A program made the position numbers and the translations under genes. 64,000 nucleotides of DNA from Podarcis pityusensis. Lineage: Eukaryota. Each line of letters starts with the position of its first letter. The stretch's first letter is position 1. The notes beneath the pieces are model-generated. The model had not been told where the DNA came from. It searched no databases and saw only the letters and a program-made list of their open reading frames with translations. Location: assembly GCA_964106645.2 (NCBI GenBank), contig OZ067045.1, one strand, 5' to 3'. Positions 51,753 through 64,000 of this stretch are shown one piece after another.

Positions 51753-53069
51753 CTGCTGGAAATAGGGTGCTGGAATAGATGCCCCACTTGGGCGCAGTTT
51801 AGTCATTTTTTTTGATTCTGGACTTCAGTGCTTTTAGCGAGGTATAGTCAGTATCAAACAACATAAGGCTCAGTGCCTACCAGTCCAGCGCCATCCCCAA
51901 CCTGGTGCCCTCTGGACAAGGGCCACAGCTCAGGGGTAGAGTGTCTGTTTGCAAGCAGAAGACCTCAAGTTCAATCTCCAGGTAGGGTTGGGAGAGTTTC
52001 CTGCCTGAAATCCTGCGGAGCCGCTGCTGTGCAGTGTAGACAGCACTAAGATAGCTGGGCCAGTAGTATAAGGGAGCTTCCTATGTTCCTATCTGGAGGC
52101 AGCCTTAGGTTTGTCTACAAGCAGTATGGGGTGGGGGATGTTTTACCTGTGAACTCCTGGTGCCTAGGGATAGCAGGTGATGATCTCAAGGGATCATCTC
52201 ACACCTCAAAAGATGAGGACTAATATCTTAATCGTCCTGTGCGAAATATACTTCCTTTTTAAATAAAGACATGCCACAGCTCAGGCCAATGTGGGGCCCT
52301 GCCATCTGCCTTTAAAGGTAGCCTTGAAGTTTAAATCTCAAAGTGCAGGGACATGTTCCAGTTGCTCAGTCGTGAAGCAAAGGCATTCTGTAGATGTTCA
52401 GCATTACTTTGCTCTGTTTTATGAAACATCTTAGGCTTTCTTTAAAAAGGGGGCCTAGCAACATGTCTTTTTGTAGCCAAAGGAGTGAGCCAAAGAGAGA
52501 GACCAGCAAGTGACAGTCTCTGCTTTCAACACGCCCCCAAAACAGGATACAAAATGTGGTTTTCTTGGTGCAAAGAAAAGTTTTTGAGTATCACAGAGGA
52601 GAAGAGCAGCTTGGCAGGGCTCAATAGCTGCAGCGTTCTGCTAGGAGAAGTCATTTAATAGAAGAAAGCCCTTTACCTACTTTCTCATTCCTTGGACCTG
52701 ACCAAATAGCTCTTGTTTCTGAACAGTGCCCTCAGGTGGCTGAAAACATAACCAGAAAAAGAAGGCTGAGAAAAATAGAGATGAACTCCACTGAGGGTGG
52801 AGAATTATATGCATGCTCTAAAATTGTGCCTGAAGCTGTAACATGTAACCATCTTGCTAAAGCTAAGCAGGCCATGTACACCCACCTCTGGAGGAAAGGT
52901 GGGAGATATATGTAATAAAATAAAGTTATCAATATAAATGCATAATTTTAACAAAAGGCAGTTTTTAAGAGAAAGTATTTTGATTCCCTGAGAAACAAGC
53001 TAAATAGTTTCCTATGGAATCTAGAGATTAACACATTCCAGGTTCTACAGTAGATTTAAAAAGCACTGG

Positions 53070-54046
53070 TTTATTTTGAAAATCTGCTTGCACAGCCTCA
53101 CATCTTTCATCATCTGTACACATCCATTTTTAACACTATACTTTCTCTCCGCCCCCACCCCCACCCCCCGGCAGAATAGATTTACAATTCAGAATGACTC
53201 CTCTGAGATCGTGGAGGTACAAAGTTTGAGGATGTTTAGATGCAGGCAAGATGCTGTTGTAAGAAGTCTTCATTGCAGCACTTTCTAAATATAGCCATAA
53301 ATATGTTGTTTATTTCCATTCACCTTTCAAATTTCAAATCCATCCTCAAAAACTGAATGTAACTGTTAAAAAAAACCCTCCCCTCCCCCTTCTATTTTTC
53401 ATGTTGAAAGCTTTAAAGTGTTCAAATAAAGGTATGGAGAACTGAGAAGGATGCACAATGGACAGAAGACGACTTTCCATGCCTCAGTTTTCTTCCTCAA
53501 CACAATTTCACATGTTCTGTTTAAAAAGGAGGGGCAACAATTGAACATTAGAATGAGGTGTGGGGGACAGAAAAAGGAACCAAAATTGCCTTTAAAAAAG
53601 TTAAAACCTTGATTTAAAAATGCCCTAGAACTTTCAGATATATATAATGTTAGGGAGCCCTCAACAACTAGCGAAACACAGGTGGGGAAGATATTCAGCC
53701 TCCGTAATCATTTTTTTAAAGCATGAAAACACAGGCCTCAAATGCCTGGACCAGAACTCTTCTTGGGAGTGCAATGCAGATTGTGCAAGTTGAAGATAAG
53801 ACCAATGTAGAGAAGTGCAGGTTTGACTGGTACTCAAGCTGCAGCTGCATCCAACAGGTAGAACATACCCTTTCACCTGCTCTCTTATTTGTGCACCCAG
53901 GGATGCAGGCCAAGTGACATTCCAGGCATCTCATTATCAAAAGGGTTCCACTCTAGAGAGAGAGTTGCATCAGTTCTTTCCCTTGAGAAGTCTGTGCAAC
54001 AGCTGGACCAAGACCAAGCAACATCGGTGCTCTCCACCCACGTCTT
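53070..54046 (-). other. CLSPN: CLSPN 3' UTR with candidate poly(A) signals
   Basis: Follows the stop at 54047; AATAAA on the minus strand at 53314-53309 and 53075-53070. Confidence 0.6.
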
Positions 54047-54157
54047 TTATCGCTCCAAGTACTGAAATATACTCCGGGTTTCTTGAGCTGAAGTGCCATC
54101 GAGCCGTAGCCGTTTGGGAGAAGGTGTTGCAATGGCGACAGGAGCTCTCTTCTTGAC
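54047..54157 (-). CDS. CLSPN: Claspin, last coding exon
   Basis: ttctag|VKKRAPVAIATPSPKRLRLDGTSAQETRSIFQYLER*; phase 0; matches the recalled claspin C-terminus (TRSIFKYLES). Confidence 0.93.
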   Translation of the reverse strand, partial: VKKRAPVAIATPSPKRLRLDGTSAQETRSIFQYLER

Positions 54158-55113
54158 CTAGAAGGTGACAGGAACCATGAGACCACAAAATCTCTTGAGC
54201 ACGAGAATTTTTTAATTAACTTAATTGGCTCAGATATACGTTGACCCTGCAAAAAGAACACTGCACTCTGTGAGAAGGAGGGTCCCTGCTTTTGTCCCCT
54301 GGACATTCTTATTTGCCATAGGCAACTGAGCGAGTGGCTGTTTTCAAGTCTGAATTATATAATAACTCAGCAGTATTTTGATTATGGACCATAGGATGGC
54401 AGCTGGTCTTTTCTGCTAAGAGGGCCATGTGACATTCCTGTCCTGGGCAACTTGGCTGGGTCAGGGCCCAAGCAGACAACACACACACACAGTCTCTTTG
54501 TCACATTTAGGAAGGGCAAGGTAGCTGCTGACAGCCAGGAAACCACTCAAGATAGCAAAATGTAAGAATTGCCTTGCTGGATCAGACCAAAAGGTAATCT
54601 AGCAGAGCAATGATCTGCCAGATGTAATGGGAAGATTACAATCAAGGTTCCTGCCCCTTTGCCCCCCATATCAGTTAGTTATCATTAAGCTTCTGTCACA
54701 CATACCCCAAAACACAGACACATTTTCCACTCTTGGCTGTAAACACCCGACTTCTTTCTTCATATGGATAATGCTGTCCATTTCTGTTCCTTCTCCAGCT
54801 TCCTCCTATCATTTGCACTCCTGAACATAAACTACTCTTCCTTACCTTCAAGCAGTGCTAATGAGTCCCTACTAAAGCACTCTTCAAGGAGGCTGACAAA
54901 CTTAGGAAGGAATGAAATACTGTTGTGGGAAGGAGGGGTTCTGAACTCCTAGGGAGCCTCTAAGGATGGATTAACTATCCTGTCCTAAAGTAGAGGTTGT
55001 GAATCTCAAACAGGGTTGTCATTGGCATGCTAAAGAGCACAAAGATATATAAAGAAGGGCAGCTTTTTGGCCACCCTAGCCCAGGTTCATTAAACCTGAC
55101 TGACAGCAACTCT

Positions 55114-55288
55114 TTTTTTTTTAATAGATTTTTATTAGTTTTCCAACAAAATTATACAATTTTATCCAAATTTTTGACAAATTAAGTCTTTTTTGGACTT
55201 CCTTCAGCTGCTCTGGTAATCATCCATAGTTATTCTTCCGTACGCATTCCCTTCATTATATTGCCATTTGTCTTCTTATATTGCCATT
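55114..55288 (-). mobile_element. Short L1-type 3' end insertion in the last CLSPN intron
   Basis: Poly-A and AATAAA; GGAAGTCCAAA 3' motif; 13-bp TSD tgacagcaactct (55101-55113, 55289-55301). Confidence 0.8.
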
Positions 55289-55841
55289 TGACAGCAACTC
55301 TAGCCCTAATATACAAGATCCTTTAATGCAAGTACTGGATTACTGATTGTGCAAAGTAATACTTACAAAGGTATGTGCTCATCTAATAGCCCAAGAATCC
55401 ATCCCCAGGATGTTCCACTGGATGCCCTGTAAACAGGATTCTAGGAGACTGGGAGGCAGGCAAAGACCACCCCAATGCCTGCTGCAGTTGGACTTTCTCC
55501 TGCCCCACCCCCAGCACCAGTTTAACACCAGCTGCCCCATAGGAAGGATGCTGTTGTTTTCCCTGATGTTTAATGTTTTTTGTAAGCTACTTTGGAAGGA
55601 TCATATTCTGGAAGGTGGGGTATAATGAATGAATGCCACATAATGCTGCTCTGCCTACAATATGAATGAGAAAGCTGTGCTTTGGATCCATATCATAATC
55701 GTGTCTCAAATTCCTTGCCAGCCAAGAGTGCAAATTCTCCCTCAGACCATTCCTGCTGAGGCATACCCAGTTCAAGGAACAAAAAAATTAAAAGCAGACT
55801 AAGTAAATGATTCCATTCAATTTAAATCAAGAGATATCTAC

Positions 55842-56003
55842 CTGGGGCTTGGACTTCTCCTTCGTCTCCTCGCTCTTGACTGGGGAGAGTGTCTGGAAGA
55901 CGAAATTTCTTGAGTTCCTGGGGGCATTTGGGTTGAGATCTGACATGGCTGCCAGTTTCTGCAGGACTGCTTTGGGCCTGTTCAGCAGTGATCCATTCTT
56001 CAG
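55842..56003 (-). CDS. CLSPN: Claspin exon
   Basis: AG/GT bounded, 162 nt, phase 0/0: [41 protein letters not shown]... Confidence 0.95.
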
Positions 56004-56358
56004 CTGCAAAAAGGAGGAGGGGTGGATCCAGAGGCATAACATTCAAGTAACATGACCTGAGTTGTACACTGAACACAATTTAAGCCTTCAGAAGAACTGC
56101 TAGTCAAGTTGTTCTTTCTCACAGGAAAAGTAAATCGGAACTAGCAATCCACTTGATCTCCATTGTTTAGCTTACTAAAATAAAATAATGCACTGTTCAA
56201 AGAGAAGCGATGTGCAATTTGGTACTCCTATCTCAAAAATGAGGCCCACCTTCAATTTTAAAGAAAGCTATCTAGATGCAATATGAGAAATGATGAAGGG
56301 AAGAAATAATCTATTCTCAAAAGAAATAATCCGTTCTCAAAACTACTAAAGTACTGAC

Positions 56359-56441
56359 CTGTGGATCACTGGCAGACCGGAAAGTTTCAAATGGATTTCT
56401 GGGTAGTGATTTAGTTTCCTGTACAGCTATTGAGGGAGTTG
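56359..56441 (-). CDS. CLSPN: Claspin exon
   Basis: 83 nt, phase 1/0: (A)TPSIAVQETKSLPRNPFETFRSASDPQ. Confidence 0.88.
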
Positions 56442-57065
56442 CTAGAAAAGCAAAAAACAGATAAAGTTTTGAAACTTTGCAAGAGAAAGGCTAAGAACTG
56501 TAGCGTATAATAATACATATCTGCCAATTCCCCTCCCAATGCCACTTGCTCTGTACAAAGGTAGCAAGGTTTTAGGAACAAGCCACTTGGAAGTATGGCC
56601 ACAGCTGGGACCATTCAAAGAACCTGAAAATCAACCCTGTGGTGGCAAACAATTGGCCTTCTCAGTTGTCGTGTTCTGACTTATGGAAAGCTCTTTCCAG
56701 AAAATTAAAGAAAGGAGGCACCTGGCATTAACATAAATCCAAGGCCCAGGTCTTCGATGCAAGACTTTTGATGGCTAACGCTGATCTACTGTGACTGCAG
56801 TTTTTTTTGGGGGGGGGGGTTGCATCATATTAGCTGCTGCCTCTCTTTCATTATTTTTAAGACTGATCTGGCATTTCAGAAGTTTTATTTTTGTGAGCTG
56901 TTTTATAGCTTACCAATATTTAAAATGATATCAAAGTCTCACTAGGGTGCAAAAGTATTTTTTCAATCAACCTGCAGCCTTGGTGTGGAATTTTGGTGCC
57001 CACCCATCCCCATTCTGCTAAGGTTCTGCTAGCATTCATAGCACTTCAGTAAGAAACAGGTGTAC

Positions 57066-57156
57066 CTTTCTTTTGTAGGGACTTGACAGTGACTTTTTTG
57101 GCCAGTTTCATGAACTGGCTGTTTTCATCGATATCCTCCTCTTCCCCTTTCTCCAA
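57066..57156 (-). CDS. CLSPN: Claspin exon
   Basis: 91 nt, phase 0/1: LEKGEEEDIDENSQFMKLAKKVTVKSLQKK. Confidence 0.92.
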
Positions 57157-58093
57157 CTGTAAATAAGCAGAATTTTCATTAGACCACATCATTATAAGCA
57201 TGGAACAAAAAGTAACTGAAAAAAGGTGCAGTTTCTTTAATGAATGACACTTTTACTAGTCATGTGCTTTCGCTTAAAAAAAAAAAACAAACCACTTTGG
57301 GAGGAGCCCAACAAAACAGTTCCACTAATGCAAACATTTCTGGAACGGCACAATGGAACTTCCCCTCCCTGCTTGCACCCCCTAAATCTGTTGTGAGTTT
57401 CCCTCAACCTTCCCAAGTAGAGTTAGGGGGCATATGGGGAGAGGAGAGGGAGGGGAAGTTCTGCTTGTGCTGGCAGAATTATTTAGCTGTATACTCTTTG
57501 GACTTAAGAGGCCAGTTCCAACCGTTATGTGGCAGCAAACTTGCATCTGTCATTGAATGTATCCTCTTCAGGGAATTGCAGCCGATCTTACCTCTCTGAC
57601 AAGGGATGCCAATTTTTGTGCCTTTTAGAGGTATACTTAAGACAAGTTATGTATGTTTTTAAAAATGCAAGTTATGTATGTTTTAAAAAAAACATACATA
57701 TGTGAAATAATCCATAAAAGAATTTATTACTGATATTTTGCTTTACTTGCAAGATACTGGCACAGTTCTTACTTCACAATCCATTAACTGACATTAAAAG
57801 CTGTTTTAAAACCTTTTCACCATCAAGTTTACAAACTCCCACAGACATCTTCATCCATATTGCCTCCTATTTTATAAAGAAGACTACCACTGATACTGGC
57901 CCAGTGGAAGATGCTATCTTCAGTATTATTATTTTCTTACATTAGAATGTTTGCACCACCAAGAATACTAAATATCTATGGCTTGTAACCAAGAACAGAT
58001 AGGGGGGGACATTTCAGGTCTCATCTCAGTCTGTCATAAAAGCAGGCTAAATGAAATGGTCCAGGAAGAAGCCTATCCACGAAGGTAAGCTAC

Positions 58094-58224
58094 CTGTTCC
58101 CGAAGCCACTGCTCCCGCTCAAAGCGCTCCTTCCTCCACTTCGCCTCTGTCTCATCCAGGTGGTCTTCGTTTTCATCATCGTTCTCTGCATCATTGTGAA
58201 ACATATCCTCCTGAAAAGAACTGT
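58094..58224 (-). CDS. CLSPN: Claspin exon
   Basis: 131 nt, phase 1/0: [12 protein letters not shown]...[22 protein letters not shown]. Confidence 0.93.
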
Positions 58225-58482
58225 CTGAAAACAGAGACAGAAAGGGATTTGGTTCTGGCCACTGCTGCCTGAAATGCTCTACTTAGAAGTAAAAGTGTTA
58301 AATGCAGAAAAAGCATTGTGAGCCTGGTGGGGGAGAAAGAGATGAGGATTTGGACAGTTGTGGTAGGGATAGAAGGGGAAAGCAAGAGACCCTCCTGCTG
58401 GAGTTTGGGTTTACCAATGTAGCCTGCAGAACAGACAGCATATTTGCATAAAAAAGTATCAAAGCAGCTTACAATTTTAATA

Positions 58483-58837
58483 CAGTGGTGCCTCGCAAGA
58501 CGAAATTAATTCGTTCCGCGAGTTTTGTCGTCTTGCGGTTTTTTTCGTCTTGCGAAGCACGGTGTCGGGAAAGTTTTGGAAAAGCTTCAAAAATCACCAA
58601 AGTCTTTAAAAACCTCAAAAAAGGCTACCACACCGCGTTCTATGAGTTGCTCCTCGAAGTCAAGTCGCAACTGTATTAACGGTGTTAAGAAAAAGGAAAC
58701 AAACTTGCAAGATGTTTCCGTCTTGCGAAGCAAGCCCATAGGGAAAATCATCTTGCGAAGCAGCTCAAAAAACAAAAAACCCTTTCGTCTAGCGAGTTTT
58801 TCGTCTTGCGAGGAATTCGTCTTGCGGGGCACCACTG
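58483..58837. mobile_element. Tc1/mariner (Tigger-like) MITE in a CLSPN intron
   Basis: 22-bp TIR CAGTGGTGCC(T/C)CGCAAGACGAA; TA TSD; internal GTCTTGCG subrepeats; CpGs retained, so young. Confidence 0.9.
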
Positions 58838-59126
58838 TACAATAAAAGCCACACAAAAATGTAAAACAGATCAGCAGCTATTACATATTTTAGAGACTGA
58901 AAGACGGTGGGGAGTAAAGGTCTGTTTCTCTCCTTCTCTAGGACCATTTGTGACCCACTAAGCTGAACACAGGCAACAAGCCATGTAGGGTCTCAATAAG
59001 CCTTCTTGGTTTTTTTCCCTGCCTGCGACCACAAGCAGGGACTATCAACTTGTATCAGGCATGGCTCATTCATCTTCATGGGTCACCAGTTGTGCAGGCT
59101 TGCTCTAGAATAAGACAGCATTATAC

Positions 59127-59248
59127 CTATGTTCTTCCACCTGAACTTCCTCATTCGCCCAGGGCCATCGCTGTGCAAATCTCCATCAGCAAGGTATCTT
59201 TCTTGATACAAGCGCAGCTGTCGTTTGTCATCATCCAGCATCACCTTC
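59127..59248 (-). CDS. CLSPN: Claspin exon
   Basis: 122 nt, phase 2/1: [40 protein letters not shown]. Confidence 0.96.
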
Positions 59249-59372
59249 CTAAAAAGTATCCATGTGCAAGGGAGGGAAACTGAAATTAGTCTTCATTCAA
59301 AAACAAGGCTGTGCTTTCAGAAAAGCACAACCACAAACTATATTTTAAGCTGATGTATCTGCGGCTACTGAC

Positions 59373-59537
59373 ATGTGTATTTTGTTGACTTGATCCTGGA
59401 GTTCTGCATCTGTAGGGAGGACCTCATCAAGGACTTCATCTTCATAAACATCAAGTTCCTCACCGTCATATTCATCCTCACTCCCCATCTCACTTCCCGA
59501 CAGCTCAGCCTCCTCTTCCATGAAGTCCTGCAATTTG
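59373..59537 (-). CDS. CLSPN: Claspin exon
   Basis: 165 nt, phase 2/2: [27 protein letters not shown]...QVNKIH. Confidence 0.95.
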
Positions 59538-60691
59538 CTGAAATGTTTTGAGAGGAGGGAAAGAAAACCAGGAATCCAAGTTGAGTCTAAAAAGATTTCA
59601 GGAGCTGTTGCACATCATGACAAACTTCATCTTACCCAGAACTGCCAACATTAGCAGGCAGAGTCTCAAATCCAGCCCTCCAAGACTCTGTTCTCAGTCC
59701 TTCAAGGAGAAAACATTTATACCTTGCAAGGCAGGAGTTGAACTGAGACTTCCATACATACACAGGAACTGCTTAAATCACCAAAGAACAGCACAATGTG
59801 TGAGTACAACACTTAAAGATACTGTGAAATATTGCAAATCCCATGTTAGGAGATACCCTAACATGCAATAGAAATTTTCAACATCATGCCAGTATTTAAG
59901 GCCACAAAAGTTGTAAGCCTACATTTTTTAAAACTAGTTGTGCATTATTACTATTAGTAGTAGCAGCATTACTATTATTATTTTATTAATATATGCCAAA
60001 TCCATGCTTCTAAAAGATGCAACAAAATAGAAACAATTAAGCCCCAATCAAAATGAAGAAAGACAAGGAACCCGAGGCTCTCCTCTTTTCCTTTCATCAT
60101 ATAAAACCTTTGCCTTCAGTCATGGTTTTTATTGTTCCCAATAAATTTCAGAAACATTTGTTGCCATTTCTTTAATACAGAATTTAGTTTATTAATATTT
60201 TGAAATAAGAACAGATGCCAAGGGTAAACCGAATCAAGTTGGGAGAGCTTGTTCCTTCCTGCTGCTGCCTTCTTGGGGTGCCTTCACAAGAGTGTGTCAC
60301 TGAGCTCATTTCAGCAGCATCCAGAAAAATAAACAGGTTAGCCCTCTGAGTACCCTTCCCCTTGCCTGCTTCATCGTCAGCCCGCCATTTCATTAAATGG
60401 AACTGGGCTGTCAAACCCTGCAGTTGTTCAAGCAGCGGCTGATTGCCACTGTTGTCTGCTTGCTCCACGCTGCCTTCACCAACCATTCAGCGCAAAAGCA
60501 GATTTGCCTTAACCATCCCCCATATCTCAGTCTGTGTCCAATTTGCATCGAGCCATGGTCTGAGTCCGGGGTTTTGTGGCCTGAGGGCAACCCAGTCAGA
60601 TAGGTGGGATCTAAGTAATCTTTTCCTCGTCTTCTTCTTCACTGTTGGCTGACACTTGAAGGTTCCATGCCAGCCATTGGCGTGATATCAT

Positions 60692-60747
<56 letters not shown>

Positions 60748-60953
60748 CACTCCCCTGCCTGCAGATCAACTGAGGTGGTGCTTATCCCCCTCAAAGTGCA
60801 TGAAGTTTAGCAAATTTGCCAAGAAAGCCCCTGGAAAGATTTCTCTGCCAACATCTTTCAAGCCTGTCCCTTTTTATTTTGTTTTAGCTAGCTTCATATA
60901 CTGCATTGATCCTGTTTATTGCAAAACTATAAAGGCTAGAAGGATTTACTTAC

Positions 60954-61099
60954 AATTTCTTCTTCATTCCTTCCCTTCGTCTTAACACTTCCTCTTCATC
61001 ATCATCATCTACTTCATCTTCACTCTCTTCTTCTTCCTCTGTCTCTCCTTCCTTTTCCTCCTCCTGCTCATCATCCTCCTCCTCTTTGTTCTTTTCATC
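60954..61099 (-). CDS. CLSPN: Claspin exon (acidic patch)
   Basis: 146 nt, phase 0/2: DEKNKEEEDDEQEEE...EEEVLRRREGMKKK; GTAAGT donor. Confidence 0.88.
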
Positions 61100-61677
61100 C
61101 TATCAATTCAGGAAATGAATTCAGGATTTCCTTTAGTATCTTATCACCTCCTTTACTACCTTCTATATTTCAGCTTGTTCTTTTATTTAAACAACACAGT
61201 TAGAAGGTGGTGTCTACATGATGATTGTTTAGGAGCATAGAAAACCCACAGAATGAGCTACTGGGTACAGCCTCCAGCTTCATTTAAAAAGCAATAGAAA
61301 TGGGAATGGAAGAGCACAGGGCAATGTCTGTTGAAATCTCAGGAGCCTGAGGGGTGACTGAACAAGATACTGAGGGTTTAGGCTTGAGGCTTCAGTGCTC
61401 TGCAAAGGTACTCCCCATGACTGATAAAGGCAGAATCAATTACACAAAGTAAGGAAAAATATGCAAATTTGCTTAGTACACACATTCAGGCTGCAGAATG
61501 GAGTTTCTCTTCAAATCCATTTACTCTGGGGCATACCCAGCCCTGCCCATTAGCTTCCGGTGGACTAGTTGAGTAGAACATTGGCTTTGGGGTGGGAGTG
61601 GAAATAGTTAAGGTTTTGTGTGGAATGCATGCCTGGTGTTTAATTCTGGAATAACCACAATAGTTTGCAGTACTCAC

Positions 61678-61756
61678 TTCTTCACTATCAAAGGCATGGT
61701 CATCTGTTAAGAGACAGAAGTCTCCAAATTCTTCTTCCTCATCTTCTTCCGCTTCT
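61678..61756 (-). CDS. CLSPN: Claspin exon
   Basis: 79 nt, phase 2/0: EAEEDEEEEFGDFCLLTDDHAFDSEE; GTGAGT donor. Confidence 0.92.
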
Positions 61757-62233
61757 CTACAGGAAAGGATTTTTAAAAGGGAAGAAAAAGACTTGCTTAG
61801 CAACTAGAATCTAGCAAAGTGGGAATGTGCAAGTGGGAAAACAGGAGTCCAATATACATTTGGAGGGCCACAGGCATCTCGCCCCTGCTGTCCAACCTGT
61901 CACACCTAGTTAGCCATGACAGAACATGGTGAACAAAACAAAACGCATTAGGACTTATCTATCCTCACAGTCCCCAAGATGTCACTGTACTTAGCACTGC
62001 CTTGGACTAGCTGCGGCTAATTTTCTGGAGTTTAGTTTAGTGCAGAAAGGTAAACAATAAGGAGAGATAGCACCACTTCTTGGCGACTAGGCCAGTGAAA
62101 AATTTTGCTTAATTGAGAAGTTTTCTCCTCCCAGTCGTACCGATTATCTCAATACAATGGATGTTTTCATGCTCCCTCTACTAAAGGAGAGGAAAACCTT
62201 TGGAGAACTGAGTTGCACATCTCCAAGGCTTAC

Positions 62234-62345
62234 CTCTCAGTTGAAAAAGAGCCAGAACAAAGAGCTACTGCCTCAGCCATTGGATCATCAGTGCTGCTCT
62301 CTTTTTCCAGTTTAGGGTTTGCTGAGGAGGATCGAATGGGAGAAT
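62234..62345 (-). CDS. CLSPN: Claspin exon with third Chk1-binding repeat
   Basis: 112 nt, phase 1/2: ...DDPMAEAVALCSGSFSTE. Confidence 0.93.
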
Positions 62346-63650
62346 CTGAGAAAGAAACCAGAATTGAGATGTCACTGGAACAGGGACCAACAGGCAGAAC
62401 CCAGCTGGTCCCAGATAAAGTGTTCTTGTATCCCCAGCCCTTAAACTTATTAAAAAGCTGCTGCTGCTAAAGAAACAGCAATTCCTCTACCTAATATTGG
62501 GAGCTTTTATTTCTCTATATATTATAATGTAAGAACGTCATCACACAGCTCTCATTGGAGGATTTGCATAAAGTCAGGGAAGGGGAGCAGAAGACAAGGC
62601 TGGTTGCACAGCAGCAGCGACTATGACATGGAGGTAAGAAGAGAGGAACAACGAAAGGGAAAAATGTGGCTGTTTCAAACAATAGCAAAAGTCTGAGTAA
62701 AGTGAAAGGTGGGTATCACTTAGAGGAAAATTGCAGTTTTAAGCAACAGCAGGGATTTAAGTAAAACAGGGATGGAGAGATACTAAGACTGAGAAAGTGA
62801 CAATTGTCAACAATGGCAGAGGTTGGACTCAGCCACTGATACCCAAGATGTGATTGTAATCTGTTTAACTACTTCTATTTTTAAATTTTGGGACCTGCTG
62901 GTGAAGGGCAGGCAATAAATCTAATGTCAATAAATAATGATGATAATAAACCAAGCAGGGGAGACACTATGTTTAAAACTAAGGTTTGGGTACAGCAAGA
63001 AGAGAATTTGGAAAGGCTCTGCTGTGCTAGTTTCTGTGGTGAACCCATCTCTGCTATTTCTCCTCGTTAAAACTATTTGGTTTCAAATAAGAAAAAAAAA
63101 TCCTCAGTGTCTTTCCATCTTTCCTTTACTCAAACTCTAGTGTTGCTTAAAACTGCAATTTTCACATTTGTCCCTCCACCCCCACTTTACTGAAACTTCT
63201 GCCAGGTTGAGGAACTTCTTTCCTGGGATGGGACTTCTTGCTCCCTTGACAGTGGCCTTCAGTCACAACAAGAACTTTTCGGGCAAGCAGTCAGACTACT
63301 AAGCTGTTGCATTTTATACAGGTTTCCTTAATCAGATTGTTATATATGCTGTTCTTACCTCCTTATCTTGTTTATTGTTATCCTACATGTGTCTACTATG
63401 CTGCAAGCAGCCTTCAGCAGTGTGTAAATTGAAAATCAGAGTAAAGATTATTTTTAACGGAATAAAATTGCCATTAAAAAAAAAATCCACAGACAAAACC
63501 GTTAAATTTACTTGCCAAAACTAGGTACCTACTAGCCTCTTTCCCTTTGGTTTGATCATCATATTCTGGGTGTAGAATTTAGCAAAAGCCTACCGAAGGT
63601 GGTATGTGCAACCGTAGCTCTTGCTATGAGGAGCAAGATCCACAACTTAC

Positions 63651-63877
63651 TCTGGGAAGCAAACTTTCCAGAGCAAAGGTTGAGCAGCTCTTCCATGTTC
63701 TGCTTCTTGCCATGGTAAGTGTTGGGAGGACACTTGTTCTGAGAGGCAAACTGGCCAGAGCACAGATCCAACAGCTCATCCATGTTTGCATCCATGGCGT
63801 TCTCGTCCATGCTAGCCAACGGTAGGCGGTCCTTGGATGACTGGTATTTGTTCCGGTGATGGCCAACATTCAAAAAC
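63651..63877 (-). CDS. CLSPN: Claspin exon with Chk1-binding repeats 1 and 2
   Basis: 227 nt, phase 2/1: ...[23 protein letters not shown]...[16 protein letters not shown] (ExxxLC(S/T)GxF motif). Upstream exons lie beyond the window. Confidence 0.96.
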
Positions 63878-64000
63878 CTGAAAGCAAAATTCATAACCAT
63901 CTTTGAAAAAGTCCACAGTCATCAGAGGAAGCTCAGATGGTTTGGCAAGAAAGGTCTCCAGCATGGACCTTTTGGGATGCTTCTTCTGTAGCTACACTTA

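Noticed and set aside
58483-58837. Regularly recurring GTCTTGCG motifs suggesting a CRISPR-like array, plus overlapping short ORFs
   Set aside because: Eukaryotic DNA; these are subterminal repeats inside a TA-flanked MITE.
60184-60486. 100-aa minus-strand ORF in a CLSPN intron as an extra exon
   Set aside because: Flanking exons already join in phase, and there are no convincing splice sites or claspin similarity.

Overview
Vertebrate genomic DNA, almost certainly from a lacertid lizard (Sauria SINEs, BovB, squamate-type L1 and MITEs). Two host genes lie on the minus strand in the same order as at human 1p34.3. The first is the 5' part of C1orf216: coding exon 714->1 running off the window, with a probable non-coding first exon and CpG-island promoter at ~2.7-3.4 kb. 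The second is the last 11 coding exons plus 3' UTR of CLSPN (claspin; 63877->54047, all splice phases reconcile). The ~50 kb between them is repeat-rich. It holds a 5'-truncated LINE with an uninterrupted ~914-codon pol ORF (RTE-X-like), L1 and BovB fragments, a U6 retrocopy, a solo LTR, and many hAT- and Tc1/mariner-type MITEs and SINEs. Most notable: (1) a 474-bp hAT-type element with TIRs and a perfect 8-bp TSD that carries what looks like the captured 5' UTR and first codons of the long (XL) isoform of GNAL, i.e. Pack-type gene-fragment capture; (2) an apparently full-length 2.15-kb L1-mobilised non-autonomous element with one 210-aa ORF and no reverse transcriptase (HAL1-like); (3) an orphan, 5'-broken TMEM35B exon. 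Family and gene names are from recognition by eye, not database searches.
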